64,000 nucleotides of DNA, from contig JBDTWD010000006.1 of NCBI GenBank assembly GCA_040006915.1, positions 1,897 to 65,896 of the forward strand, in the 5' to 3' direction. Position 1 is the stretch's first letter. Every line of letters starts with the position of its first letter. The position numbers were made by a program, and so were the translations under genes. Source of the DNA: Candidatus Woesebacteria bacterium (GTDB taxonomy: Bacteria; Patescibacteriota; Microgenomatia; UBA1400; UBA12028). The notes under the pieces are model-generated. The model did no database searches. It saw only the letters and a list, made by a program, of their open reading frames with translations, and had not been told where the DNA came from. This document shows positions 19,862 through 29,946 of this stretch, piece after piece.

Positions 19862-20221
19862 TTAAAATCCTTGCAGTTGATTCATTTGGATTGAAACTTG
19901 TTCGTTAATCTGGCTGACATAATCGAGTGCGATTTTAGTAGTGATAATAAAAGACAAAACGGTCAAAACCATCGCTACAATTCCAATGAGTTTTGATTTT
20001 TGATCTGGTTGCTTCAAATATTTTATTCCCCAAACAATGCCCATTGGGGGCAACACAATACTTCCAAGGTACAATAATGCTTGGCGCATAACCGTGGTTG
20101 CTGGAGGAACTTCTTTTATCTTCTTGCCACAGTTGGCACAGAAATAATCAGTGGATTTAATCGGCTGATGACACTGCGGACACAAAAATGCTGGAGAAGT
20201 GGGAAGCGCAACTTGTTCCAT
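19862..20221 (-). CDS. zinc-ribbon membrane protein
   Basis: 119 aa. CPQCHQ..CANCGKK zinc ribbon followed by two TM helices. Confidence 0.5.
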   Translation of the reverse strand: MEQVALPTSPAFLCPQCHQPIKSTDYFCANCGKKIKEVPPATTVMRQALLYLGSIVLPPMGIVWGIKYLKQPDQKSKLIGIVAMVLTVLSFIITTKIALDYVSQINEQVSIQMNQLQGF

Positions 20222-20281
20222 GCAGCCATCATCTCATATATTTGCTATACTTTTTTAAGCATCATCAATAGAAAGGATTAT

Positions 20282-20713
20282 ATGGCGACTACAAAACTTC
20301 CCGAAATCACAGGTATGACTCTGGTACTCTCAACGCTTGTACTTTTTGTTAGTAACGCCATTGTTCTCTACTTTGCGCAAATGTTCTTCCCCCATGCAAT
20401 TGTCTTAGGCACTCATGCGTTAAGTTTCTGGTGGGCAATCTTTATGAGTATGGGCAAACTCTCATTATTGGGAGCTGCGGTAATGCCATTTGTCGGAAAA
20501 TATGAAAATATGCGCCATAGAATCTTCTCCCCGATGGAATGGTCAGTACTGTATTTTGTTGTAAACTTTATTGGTCTGTGGATCATCAGCAGGTTCTCAG
20601 AACAATTTGGTCTGGGAGTGACATCCTGGATAGTAATTGCCGCTCTAGCACTAGTCTTAGATATCGTCCAAGGTGTAGTGATGATGGCCTACGGCAAAAT
20701 GCTCAAGAAATAA
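20282..20713 (+). CDS. hypothetical multi-pass membrane protein
   Basis: Start at MATTKLPEITG with AAAGGATT SD upstream; four hydrophobic helices. Confidence 0.45.
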   Translation: MATTKLPEITGMTLVLSTLVLFVSNAIVLYFAQMFFPHAIVLGTHALSFWWAIFMSMGKLSLLGAAVMPFVGKYENMRHRIFSPMEWSVLYFVVNFIGLWIISRFSEQFGLGVTSWIVIAALALVLDIVQGVVMMAYGKMLKK

Positions 20714-20716
20714 ATT

Positions 20717-21364
20717 CTATAGAGGGATTTTCTTCCAGCCAGATGCAGATACAATGAGATGATCAAGAAGTTTAATTCCTAAAATTTCTCCGGCTGCTTT
20801 CATACGCTGAGTAAAGAGTAGATCCTCTTTTGAGGGTTCTAGCATTCCAGACGGATGATTATGAACTATAATAATGCTAGCAACTGGTAACTCTAATACT
20901 AAACCGAATACTTCTCTGGGCAAAAGACTAGCTCGGTTTAATGTTCCTACTGCGACGATCTCCTTTTTAAGTAACTCTCCTTGAGCGTTCAGATAAAAAC
21001 ACAATAGCATTTCCCGTTTTTCATGGAGTATTTCATACGAGTGCGCAAAAATATCTTTTGCTGAATTCATTGGCATCTTTTCTGAAGAAGACAATCGTCT
21101 CCCCAGTTCCAAAGCCGCGATGACTTGTGCACATTTACTTGGACCTATTCCCTGTTCTAATAATTCTTCTTTACTTACACGTTGTTGTTTACGGAGAATT
21201 TTTGAAATCTGGGTTGCCAGTACAGAGACTGACTTCGTTTTCATCCCAGTGACAAGAATGACACAAAGCAGTTCTTCGAGATTGAGAATTTCGGGTCCTC
21301 TTTCTAACAGCCGTTCACGAGGGCGCAAAGAAAGCGGAACCAATCGCATTCGACGCATGGACAT
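20717..21364 (-). CDS. radC: RadC-like JAB-domain protein (UPF0758)
   Basis: 215 aa. JAMM motif HNHPSG..EPS.ED and N-terminal RPRERLLERGPE. Confidence 0.8.
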   Translation of the reverse strand: MSMRRMRLVPLSLRPRERLLERGPEILNLEELLCVILVTGMKTKSVSVLATQISKILRKQQRVSKEELLEQGIGPSKCAQVIAALELGRRLSSSEKMPMNSAKDIFAHSYEILHEKREMLLCFYLNAQGELLKKEIVAVGTLNRASLLPREVFGLVLELPVASIIIVHNHPSGMLEPSKEDLLFTQRMKAAGEILGIKLLDHLIVSASGWKKIPL

Positions 21365-21372
21365 AGTATATG

Positions 21373-21744
21373 CTAGAGACTTGTATGTGGTGAAAGCAGA
21401 AATTTGATTTGGTTCTTTACGTCTTCTGGGCTGTAGTCAAGAGGGCTGATCATTTTGTCCCATGAATGCAAGTACTCTTGATACTGCTCCCCTTCACTAG
21501 CGAGTATGAGAAAAGGAATCGTATTCCAAAGATGTTTTTCTTTTCGTACTTTCAAAAAAACCTCAACTACCAGACAGTTATCATCTCCATCAATCACCAC
21601 TATTTTAAATTCTTCAGCTGTTAAGAGTAAGATAGCATTGGCAATTGTTTCCGTCGGGACCACCTCAGTTGGAATCGATAAAAACACTTCATGATACAAT
21701 TGGCGTGAACTTAGGCTAGGGATGACGAGGAGTATTTTTTCCAT
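21373..21744 (-). CDS. hypothetical protein (possible degenerate receiver-like domain)
   Basis: 123 aa. Weak receiver-like pattern IVVIDGDD; low confidence. Confidence 0.3.
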   Translation of the reverse strand: MEKILLVIPSLSSRQLYHEVFLSIPTEVVPTETIANAILLLTAEEFKIVVIDGDDNCLVVEVFLKVRKEKHLWNTIPFLILASEGEQYQEYLHSWDKMISPLDYSPEDVKNQIKFLLSPHTSL

Positions 21745-21790
21745 TGTAGATATATAAAATTCTACTCAAAATAGAAATACTCTGTCAAGC

Positions 21791-22093
21791 ATGAAAAATG
21801 CTCTATTAAATATGTCTACCACCATTGTCAGCAAACGAATCAAAGAAGCACGCAAAAAAATCCAGATTACTCAAGAAGAACTAGCTAGTGCCATTGGTAT
21901 TTCTGATAAATCAATCTCCGCGTACGAATCAGATCGTATCGAGCCTCCACTACAAGTATTGGAGAAAATTGCCGCAGCTACCAAACAACCGTTGCGATTT
22001 TTTATTGAAGACACAATTGAATCCGCGATTCTTTCTAAACTTGCCGATGTAGAAACTCAATTAAAAGAAATACAAGCACTACTGAAAGAATGA
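21791..22093 (+). CDS. XRE-family HTH transcriptional regulator
   Basis: 100 aa. Cro/C1 HTH ITQEELASAIGISDKSISAYESDR. Confidence 0.7.
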   Translation: MKNALLNMSTTIVSKRIKEARKKIQITQEELASAIGISDKSISAYESDRIEPPLQVLEKIAAATKQPLRFFIEDTIESAILSKLADVETQLKEIQALLKE

Positions 22094-22316
22094 TAGAAAA
22101 TTCTTATTGTAGATAATTTCAATCGAATACGTTTTGCTCCCAGATTCATGTAGGAAAAGTTGTTGCTCGTAAAATTTGTATAGGTAGTGAACAACAGATA
22201 GGTATCCATTACATTGTTCTCATTACGGTTACACAAAAAAGAAACGTGCAATCGATATATATTGATGAGCTAGATCGAGATAGACACTATACGACCGAGC
22301 TGTTATAGTCCTTCCC

Positions 22317-24203
22317 ATGAGACGCCTGTTACTTCTTGCAGCATTCCTGTATTTGTTCTTAGCCCCTTTAACGTATCATAATGATAATAAGCTGGTTTTG
22401 TTCTGGGCTTCTCAAGATAACGGAAAAGTCTGGGACATTTGGAAATACGGTGAAACCAATCTTCCTCCAGAACGACAATTTAATTATCCACCACTGCATT
22501 TTTATTTAGCCAAACTTCAGTATGCGTTTGCCGTTCCTTTAGGAGGCTCTGGATATACCGAGTGGCTTTCAAGCTCAGATCCAACGGATCCACAGCGAGT
22601 CGAACTTCCCCGGTATATGTTGGCAACCAAATTCGTTTTGATTCTGGCAGGGATTGCCAGCGGCTATCTTGTGTATCTGCTTTCAAAACAAAATGGGTTC
22701 TCAGAAAAAAGAGCCAAATTCGCAGCTGCCTTATGGCTGTTTAACCCCATCACTATCTATAGCATTCCTATGATGGGACAAAATGATGTGCTCGCTATCG
22801 TGTTTTTCTTGTTTGGATGGTGGCTTTTAGCCAAGCGTCCAGGTTTGACTGGAGTGATTGTCGGGCTGGCTGCCTCCATAAAAGTGTATCCTCTTCTTTG
22901 GCTTGCTTTCTTACTCCCCTCTGCTCCCAAACTCTCTCCAACAAAAAAAGTTGGCGTATTTCTCATTGCGATCGTGGTGTATGGACTTACTTTGTTCCCA
23001 TTCATCCATGATAGTACGTTTCGTAGCACAGTTTTAAATTCTGATGTGAATGATCGTTTTTTAACGCCGCAAATTGGGATTGGTTTTGAACAAGCTATTA
23101 ACATTATCCCTATTCTCTTAGGCATTCTGTTCCTCTCAACTCTGGAACGAAAAAAGAAAAAAGAAAGCTCATTTGGCTTTCAGGCCTTTGTGGTTATGAC
23201 AGCAAACCTGTTGCTTTTGGGCTTTACTCATTTTCATCCACAGTGGTATACCTGGGTGGTGCCTTTTTGGGCAATTTGGACTGCGTCCTTAAAAGACCAC
23301 AAGAAAATTCTGTATTCTCTGCTTCTTGCATTAGCCGCCGGTATCTGTTGGTTTGCTGTCATCCTCTTGTTTCAAGAAAAATATTTGACGTTTGGAATGA
23401 TTTCCATTCTTAATCCAGCCTTATTTAATCTTCCTATCATTCACGATTTTCTGCTGACTCATAAAGTAAACGTCGGTAAGTTTGACAATCTTGCTCATTC
23501 AGGATTAGCCGGGATAGCGCTGATTGCCTTGTTCTCCTTGCATACCTCCTTTGGTGCTGACATTCATGATTTCGTTTTCCGTCCACTTCGTTTCTCGCTG
23601 CGCATTCCGAAACCCGTTCGTTTTGTTTTGGCTACATGCGCAATCGTTGGAACAACCTTTGCGGCGGTTTTAGTCTTGCAGCGTATTCCGATTGCACAAT
23701 CATCATCTATTCCCACCGTCGATTTGTATGAACAAATACGAGAGCCAGTTGTTATTGATCTTCCTGGTGAACGACCAAATCTCAGCCGCTTTGAAATATA
23801 CCTTCGCAATCCACAACTGCGAAACACAGAAGACTATACAATGACACTGTACGACAAGGGTGCACGGGTCATGCAGCAGCCATTCAGTGCGCATAACGTT
23901 GGTGATTTTACGACCATGCGCTTCGATCTTCCTATGCCACAACCTGATTCTTTGGGCAAAAACTACTCTCTGCATATTGATCCAGTTTCTACCCAAAGTG
24001 GTGTCCCTCATAATGATGATTACCTCTGGATTGGACACAAATCCGAAGGTGATAAAAAAACTGTCGCCACTGTGACCTACTATTCACCAGAATTGGCAGA
24101 GAATAGTATTCTCAAACGATCAATAGAAAAGATCCGAGCAATTTTCCAGCAGGTATGGGGATATGAAATCGGCATCTTTCTCATCCTGTTCCTGGCAATT
24201 TAG
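22317..24203 (+). CDS. polytopic membrane protein, GT-C-fold glycosyltransferase-like
   Basis: 628 aa with at least 12 predicted TM helices; architecture resembles GT39/DUF2029-type glycosyltransferases. Family assignment is tentative. Confidence 0.4.
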   Translation: MRRLLLLAAFLYLFLAPLTYHNDNKLVLFWASQDNGKVWDIWKYGETNLPPERQFNYPPLHFYLAKLQYAFAVPLGGSGYTEWLSSSDPTDPQRVELPRYMLATKFVLILAGIASGYLVYLLSKQNGFSEKRAKFAAALWLFNPITIYSIPMMGQNDVLAIVFFLFGWWLLAKRPGLTGVIVGLAASIKVYPLLWLAFLLPSAPKLSPTKKVGVFLIAIVVYGLTLFPFIHDSTFRSTVLNSDVNDRFLTPQIGIGFEQAINIIPILLGILFLSTLERKKKKESSFGFQAFVVMTANLLLLGFTHFHPQWYTWVVPFWAIWTASLKDHKKILYSLLLALAAGICWFAVILLFQEKYLTFGMISILNPALFNLPIIHDFLLTHKVNVGKFDNLAHSGLAGIALIALFSLHTSFGADIHDFVFRPLRFSLRIPKPVRFVLATCAIVGTTFAAVLVLQRIPIAQSSSIPTVDLYEQIREPVVIDLPGERPNLSRFEIYLRNPQLRNTEDYTMTLYDKGARVMQQPFSAHNVGDFTTMRFDLPMPQPDSLGKNYSLHIDPVSTQSGVPHNDDYLWIGHKSEGDKKTVATVTYYSPELAENSILKRSIEKIRAIFQQVWGYEIGIFLILFLAI

Positions 24204-24310
24204 GTTTCTTCATCGGCTCTTATTGTAGTAATTATTACAATACATCCATTTTTATAACAAATTGAGATAAATTATGTATACACTTTAAATTGTGGTATTT
24301 TTCCAGTTCT

Positions 24311-25417
24311 ATGCCGAACCGAGAACACAATCCACTCTTTCAAACTTTGCAGTCACTGGTTGCTATTCCCTCAGAATATCCCAATGAACACAACGTCACG
24401 CAATTTTTGCTCGCTTGGTTAGATGAACATCATTTTGGTACAGTTACTACCCAAGAAGTAGCTCCTGGACGAAACAATATTCTTATCACCCGTGGCTCGG
24501 GTGATAAAGCTATTTTATTTTACGGACATGTTGATACGGTCAGAGTGGTCGATGGATGGACCCACAATCCTTTTGAATTACACCCTGATGGAGATCGTTT
24601 GTATGGATTAGGAGCATACGATATGAAGGGAGGAATCGCTGCCTTTCTAAGAGCTTGCCAAGAAAGTGATACCTATATCAAAATCATGTTGGTCGTCGAT
24701 GAAGAAGATCTATCTCGTGGGGCCTGGCATATGGTTCATCACTCTCCGAGCTTTTTTACAGACGTTGAGTTGGCCATTTCAGCGGAACCAAACTTTGGCC
24801 TAGGACTCCATGGCATTACGACCGGACGCACCGGCAGAGTAGTGTATGACCTCAATGCAGCAGGACAATCAGCCCATCTTACCCGCTTAGAAGATGGAAT
24901 TGATTCCATTGCTAATCTTGCCAGCTTTATCTGCGCATTCTATACGCAAAGAGACCAACTACTATCTTCTGCGCAAAGTAAAGGTCTGGTTCGTATGCTT
25001 CATGCTGAAGCAGCTGGAATGAGTGTATGCGATGAAGCTCAAGCCCAAGTGGATCTCTTGTTAGCCAAACCCGATACAGTTGGAGGAATCTTGTCAAAAC
25101 TTCAAGAATTATCAACGACTGTGGAGGTCACATTGCATGCACGTCCGACTCCTTTTTTGGAAGGGTATCACTTCGATTCTTTCCCTCACCAGGATATAGT
25201 TGCTGACATCGTTCAAGAGACGACCGGACAGATGGCGACGTGGGAATTTCGAAGTTCCGTTGCTGATGACAATGTGATCGCCTCCTTAAGTATTCCAGTT
25301 ATCACCTGGGGACCAGATGGAGCAAATGCGCATGCATCCGATGAATGGGTGTCTTGGGAAAGCTTGAAGACACTGTCTCTCATGTATGAAAAGCTGTTAA
25401 AGCGAGTGAGGAAATAG
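24311..25417 (+). CDS. M20-family metallopeptidase (ArgE/DapE-like)
   Basis: Motifs YGHVDTV, DMKGG and MLVVDEEDLSRG. Confidence 0.75.
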   Translation: MPNREHNPLFQTLQSLVAIPSEYPNEHNVTQFLLAWLDEHHFGTVTTQEVAPGRNNILITRGSGDKAILFYGHVDTVRVVDGWTHNPFELHPDGDRLYGLGAYDMKGGIAAFLRACQESDTYIKIMLVVDEEDLSRGAWHMVHHSPSFFTDVELAISAEPNFGLGLHGITTGRTGRVVYDLNAAGQSAHLTRLEDGIDSIANLASFICAFYTQRDQLLSSAQSKGLVRMLHAEAAGMSVCDEAQAQVDLLLAKPDTVGGILSKLQELSTTVEVTLHARPTPFLEGYHFDSFPHQDIVADIVQETTGQMATWEFRSSVADDNVIASLSIPVITWGPDGANAHASDEWVSWESLKTLSLMYEKLLKRVRK

Positions 25418-25465
25418 AGCGAGGTTCTCTTGACACCAAAACTCATGGGTATACGATGAATAGAT

Positions 25466-25681
25466 ATGATGCAAAGAAATATGTGGGAATGGATTATTTT
25501 GTTCGCTCTCTTGGAGTTTGCCTTCAAAGGATTTGCGTTATGGAGAGCAGCACAGCGAAAAGAAAAATGGTGGTTTATTGCTTTGTTCGTTATTAACTCA
25601 CTGGGGATCCTTCCCGGAATTTATTTGCTTTCTCATCCAGAAGAACGAAAGATCAAAGTCGTAAAGAATAAGCGAAAATAA
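25466..25681 (+). CDS. small two-TM membrane protein
   Basis: 71 aa. A possible TTGACA-N16-TACGAT promoter sits upstream. Confidence 0.4.
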   Translation: MMQRNMWEWIILFALLEFAFKGFALWRAAQRKEKWWFIALFVINSLGILPGIYLLSHPEERKIKVVKNKRK

Positions 25682-25682
25682 T

Positions 25683-25985
25683 TTAAGGCTGCCACTGAGA
25701 TCTGGGCAGAAATACTTTATCTCCTTTAAAAATCACTCCTTCATTTTGAAGCATGTCTTTTTTCTTCAGTAATCCACCAACTGCAGAATATCCTGTTAAG
25801 CTTCCGTCAGCCGAAACGACTCTGTGGCATGGCGTCGCGGGCGCATCAGGGTTGGTTCGCATACACATTCCTACCGCACGAGCAGCTTTTGGACTGCCTG
25901 CTAGCTTGGCAAGCTGACCATAGGTCACCACTTTCCCTTTGGGGATCTTTCGAGTCAACTCATAGACTTTTTCGCGAAATGACAT
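25683..25985 (-). CDS. methylated-DNA-protein-cysteine methyltransferase DNA-binding/active-site domain (Ogt-like)
   Basis: 100 aa. Active site PCHRVV, HTH YGQLAKLAG. Confidence 0.75.
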   Translation of the reverse strand: MSFREKVYELTRKIPKGKVVTYGQLAKLAGSPKAARAVGMCMRTNPDAPATPCHRVVSADGSLTGYSAVGGLLKKKDMLQNEGVIFKGDKVFLPRSQWQP

Positions 25986-26020
25986 AGCAGGATACTACCA
26001 TCCAAATATTGGAAAAGGAA

Positions 26021-27370
26021 CTAGAATTCAACTTCTTGATGAAGAATCGGCATAGTAATATCTTCGAGGTGAAGCTGTGCCTTAATCTTCTCTGCCAGTG
26101 CACTTCGGGGCCCATCTTCTCCGTGGGTTAAGAATACCTTCTTCACTTGTTTAATATGTGAGAGCCACTCAAGCAGTTGTCCTTGATCCGCATGTGAGCT
26201 CATAACTTGCGTGCTATTGATGGTCGCCCGCACTGACACCACTTCTCCATCAATCGTGATCTCTTTTTTCCCTTCAAGTAGCTCTCGTCCATGAGTTCCC
26301 TCTCCTTGGTATCCAACGATCAGAAGACGAGTCGAGGGAATAGGTAAATAGTGGGCGGCGTGTCCTAGAATCCGTCCGCCTGACATCATACCGCTACCCG
26401 CAATAATCACTTGTGGTCGGGTTTCCCCTTCTACAGCTTCACTTCCTCTTCTATCCATAATCATTTGCAGTCCCATAAATGAAAATGGATCTCCAGAGAG
26501 CATATCGTTTTTTATGTGAGCGTTGAAATTCTCTGGATAGTTTTCATAAATATCAGTGGCTTTACTCGCCATCGGACTGTCCATGACAATTGGAGTTTCA
26601 AGTTTTACTTTTCCTTCTTTCTTCAGATGCATGATTGTGTGGAGCAACTCTTGGGTTCGCTCCAAAGAAAAAGCTGGAATGAGAAGTGTCCCTCCCGCAG
26701 TCTCAATTGCCTTGATCTCGGACATAATAATATCCGCGGGCACTCCTTCCGGATGTAATCGATCACCGTAAGTGGATTCCATCACCACAGCATCACTACT
26801 CTCTACCATTTCGGTGGGTTCCAACAAATCTTCAGGAGAATTCCCTAAATCACCGCTAAAAACTATTTTTCGGATTCCTGAATTTGGATGCGCATCTTCA
26901 ATCTCCAAACTTGCCGATCCCATGATATGACCGGCATCACGAAAGGTAACCGTGAATTCCCCTATTTGCACGGGAACGCGGTAATCAGTGGTCTTAAATC
27001 GAGAAAAGGTTTGTTCTGCTAAATCTTTGTCATACAGAATGACTTTGTCATCTTGTTTAGCAATCTTGGCACTATCTAGGAGTGATAATTCGGTCAGATC
27101 TTGGGTTGGCCTGGTCATCCAGATATCACCCGCAAACCCATGTGAAAGAAGAATTGGCAATCTACCACAATGGTCTAAGTGTGCATGCGTGAGAATTGCA
27201 GCACTTAAGGTGCTGCAATCATATTCAAATGGATCATAGTTTAATTTCTCAATTGCCGGTATCCCTTGAAACATCCCTAAATCAATTAGAACCGATTGTC
27301 CTGATCCTGAGGTCAGTACATAGGATGATCCGGTCACAGTTCCGCTGGCGCCAAGGAATTTTATTTTCAT
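26021..27370 (-). CDS. MBL-fold beta-CASP ribonuclease
   Basis: 449 aa. HAHLDHCG motif 2, beta-CASP architecture. Confidence 0.8.
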   Translation of the reverse strand: MKIKFLGASGTVTGSSYVLTSGSGQSVLIDLGMFQGIPAIEKLNYDPFEYDCSTLSAAILTHAHLDHCGRLPILLSHGFAGDIWMTRPTQDLTELSLLDSAKIAKQDDKVILYDKDLAEQTFSRFKTTDYRVPVQIGEFTVTFRDAGHIMGSASLEIEDAHPNSGIRKIVFSGDLGNSPEDLLEPTEMVESSDAVVMESTYGDRLHPEGVPADIIMSEIKAIETAGGTLLIPAFSLERTQELLHTIMHLKKEGKVKLETPIVMDSPMASKATDIYENYPENFNAHIKNDMLSGDPFSFMGLQMIMDRRGSEAVEGETRPQVIIAGSGMMSGGRILGHAAHYLPIPSTRLLIVGYQGEGTHGRELLEGKKEITIDGEVVSVRATINSTQVMSSHADQGQLLEWLSHIKQVKKVFLTHGEDGPRSALAEKIKAQLHLEDITMPILHQEVEF

Positions 27371-27382
27371 GGAGAAAGCTGT

Positions 27383-27646
27383 TTATAAATACACCTTATC
27401 AATATAGCACCACACGAATTCCTCGCCAGGTGTAACAGATTTGATAATCGGATGACTAGTTTCTTTGAAGTGTTTCGTAGCGTGTTTGTTTTTCGAATTG
27501 TCACAACATCCCACATGACCACAGGTCAAACACTGGCGCAGAGAAACCCAAGTATCGCCAATGAGCACACATTCTGTACAGACACTGGTATCGGTAGGAG
27601 CAAACTGCTTGATTTGATCTTGATGGGTACAAACTTCTGAATCCAT
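27383..27646 (-). CDS. UBP-type zinc-finger (Znf-UBP) domain protein
   Basis: 87 aa. C/H pattern CTHQ..CTEC..CLTCGHVGCC..HATKH matches the Znf-UBP fold. Confidence 0.6.
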   Translation of the reverse strand: MDSEVCTHQDQIKQFAPTDTSVCTECVLIGDTWVSLRQCLTCGHVGCCDNSKNKHATKHFKETSHPIIKSVTPGEEFVWCYIDKVYL

Positions 27647-27656
27647 ACGACATCGC

Positions 27657-27986
27657 TTACATTGTGGGTAAACTTTTTGTTGCCGGTCCTTTCAAGACTT
27701 TTCCACTTAAAGAAAATCGCGAGCCATGACAAGGACAGTCCCAAGTTTTTTCTGTCCCATTCCATCCGACAATACAACCCAAATGGGTACAGACTGCCGA
27801 TAGCTTAACTACTTCTCCCTTGTCATTTTTATACGCAGCAACTTTCTTTCCGTCGACTTCAACAATTGCCCCTTGTCCTGGTTGTAATTGCTCGAGCGTC
27901 GTTGTCGGTTGTTCCATATGTCCTTTTAAGAAATTCCTTGGGTACAGTATCCCTTGCCAAACCTTTGTTTTCAAAGAAACTGCCAT
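27657..27986 (-). CDS. Rieske [2Fe-2S] domain protein
   Basis: CTHLGC and CPCHGS boxes. The ORF extends to 28016, but that start would overlap the upstream small gene. Confidence 0.75.
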   Translation of the reverse strand: MAVSLKTKVWQGILYPRNFLKGHMEQPTTTLEQLQPGQGAIVEVDGKKVAAYKNDKGEVVKLSAVCTHLGCIVGWNGTEKTWDCPCHGSRFSLSGKVLKGPATKSLPTM

Positions 27987-27993
27987 ACTTTTT

Positions 27994-28197
27994 TTATTGT
28001 CCTGATTGCTTGACATTTACATCAATGGAACTCGGCACGTTTATCTGTGGGGTTCCAACTTGCATTCGTTGCAAAGCTGGCAATCCGTACGCAAAGAACA
28101 AAAATCCTATAACTGCCAAAACGACTAAGACAATGATCATTCCCATGGGTCCACTCGAATTCCCTGAATTTGGCGGATTGTTTACGATGGTAGTCAT
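27994..28197 (-). CDS. small membrane protein
   Basis: 67 aa, one TM. AAGGAG SD 8 nt upstream of the ATG. Confidence 0.45.
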   Translation of the reverse strand: MTTIVNNPPNSGNSSGPMGMIIVLVVLAVIGFLFFAYGLPALQRMQVGTPQINVPSSIDVNVKQSGQ

Positions 28198-28239
28198 ACG
28201 ACATCTCCTTTGTTTTCGTTACTATTTGGTAACAGTGTA

Positions 28240-28923
28240 TCACCTCTTTTTGGCTATCGCCAATACATCGGTTCCACTATGGAAAGGTTTTTCTTCAAGT
28301 ACCTCAAAGCCCGCGGTCTCAAGTAAATCCTGAAGGGAAGCGGAGGAAAACTTATGAACTGGTACCGATCCAGAGTGAGAGGCTACTAATAATTCAAATC
28401 CTATTTTCTGAATTGTTTCTTCCACCAGTTCTCCCTCCTGAAGCGAAGCTGACGAGAACTGATCCTCTTCTTCTCTCGTTCCGTTGGTGGTGAGAATTAA
28501 AACCCCTTCAGGTTTTAACATTGCGCACATTTTTCGTAATACGCGTGGGACGGCCGTATTACTGATGTGCTGAATGATATGACTAGATAGCACGCAATCA
28601 GCTATATCTTGAACGGATACATCTTCTATTGGTCGATTCAGGAATTCGACTTTGTCATTCAAATTCAAATAGTCGACCGTTTGTTTGGCTTTTCCAATTC
28701 GCTCACCATCAGGCTCAATGGCAATAATTTTTTCAAAGTAGGGAGCAAATTCGGGAATAAGTCGACCAAAGCCGCAGCCTGCATCCACCAACACTTTTCC
28801 ATCTTTAATATAACTCCTCGCATACTCCAAAATCGCAGCCTCATCCTCTGCCCAAGAATCTTCTCTTTGGACAAAAGTTGCAGTGATGGCATCATCTCTA
28901 TCTGGATAGGAAAAGGTACTCAT
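28240..28923 (-). CDS. class I SAM-dependent methyltransferase
   Basis: Motif I VLVDAGCGFGRL. Confidence 0.75.
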   Translation of the reverse strand: MSTFSYPDRDDAITATFVQREDSWAEDEAAILEYARSYIKDGKVLVDAGCGFGRLIPEFAPYFEKIIAIEPDGERIGKAKQTVDYLNLNDKVEFLNRPIEDVSVQDIADCVLSSHIIQHISNTAVPRVLRKMCAMLKPEGVLILTTNGTREEEDQFSSASLQEGELVEETIQKIGFELLVASHSGSVPVHKFSSASLQDLLETAGFEVLEEKPFHSGTDVLAIAKKR

Positions 28924-28942
28924 GGGATGATCTTACACCTAA

Positions 28943-29500
28943 TCAAGCATTTTCTATGGTACTTACAATTTTCTTCCAGAATTCTCGCGTTGGTTCAACA
29001 AGAGATTTTCTGGGCAGTTTGGTCGACTCGATAGCAATCCAAGCTTTTCCGTTGGCTCTCTTATCAAAGCTGACGATCACTCTTCCTACGTCAGCTGAGT
29101 ATCGCAGCTGTGCTCGCTTGGTTTTTGATGGAATCCGAACGAGCTTTTTGGACACAACTACGTCTGACACTAAAATCTTCTCCCATTTCTTCTGCAGACT
29201 CTCAACTGTTCCAGGAACAGTCTTCGTCACGGCGACCATAAAACCATCTGCTTGTTCATTTATTTTTCGTATTCCTCTGGCTCGTTCGTACTCGACTGTT
29301 ATCATCTGGGCCCACCAACCTCCATTCGTAACAACGTTGACTCTCTCTTTCTTTTTTAAATATTTTTCTTGGATGAGTTTGGCAATCTCAATATGAGGAT
29401 GCTGTGAAGCTTTTTTTGTATCCAAAATCGAAAACCACTCTTTCCAATTCTTCCCTGTTGCCTTGATCACTGCGTCATCACCAATTTGAGGAGTACTCAT
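28943..29500 (-). CDS. hypothetical protein (DUF4287-like N-terminus)
   Basis: Start set at MSTPQIGDD; segment ATGKNWKEWFSILD..WWAQMITVEYE. Family assignment uncertain. Confidence 0.4.
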   Translation of the reverse strand: MSTPQIGDDAVIKATGKNWKEWFSILDTKKASQHPHIEIAKLIQEKYLKKKERVNVVTNGGWWAQMITVEYERARGIRKINEQADGFMVAVTKTVPGTVESLQKKWEKILVSDVVVSKKLVRIPSKTKRAQLRYSADVGRVIVSFDKRANGKAWIAIESTKLPRKSLVEPTREFWKKIVSTIENA

Positions 29501-29504
29501 AAAG

Positions 29505-29942
29505 TTATACCTCCAAATATGTCTGTACGAGCTTTTGTATATTCTCATGTTCTGGTTTCCAAAACTGCCACACCGATTGTGCCCATTCCATAATCTTCTC
29601 TGCTTTTTGCTCATCAGGAACTAAAAGCACATCAGCCACACTGAATAATATTCTTCCAGATGGTGTAACAAACCGTGGCCAGTCTTTCGTTTGCTTCGCT
29701 AGTTTCATATGCGCTTGCTGGACTTCCTTTCCAGAGTAATTACGTTCTAACAGAAGATACTGTCCCATCAAGGCAAAAGCAGTTCGAATTGGTTTATGGA
29801 AACTTTCGTTATGAGAGGCTGCGTAGGCATCTACAACCACTTGATGAATGAAGAAATCGTCATGGAGAGATAAAGTATACGCAGATAACTCATAACAAGA
29901 GTCTTGGCAATCATTGGCGCCACACTCAGAACAAATAGACAT
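29505..29942 (-). CDS. hypothetical Cys-rich protein
   Basis: Start at MSICSECGANDCQDSC; putative metal-binding cysteines. Confidence 0.4.
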   Translation of the reverse strand: MSICSECGANDCQDSCYELSAYTLSLHDDFFIHQVVVDAYAASHNESFHKPIRTAFALMGQYLLLERNYSGKEVQQAHMKLAKQTKDWPRFVTPSGRILFSVADVLLVPDEQKAEKIMEWAQSVWQFWKPEHENIQKLVQTYLEV

Positions 29943-29946
29943 ATAG

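Noticed and set aside
20717-27646. Possible ubiquitin-like conjugation/defence module (JAB + Znf-UBP)
   Set aside because: The JAB (RadC) and Znf-UBP genes are 6 kb apart and separated by unrelated housekeeping genes. No E1/E2/Ubl genes are present.
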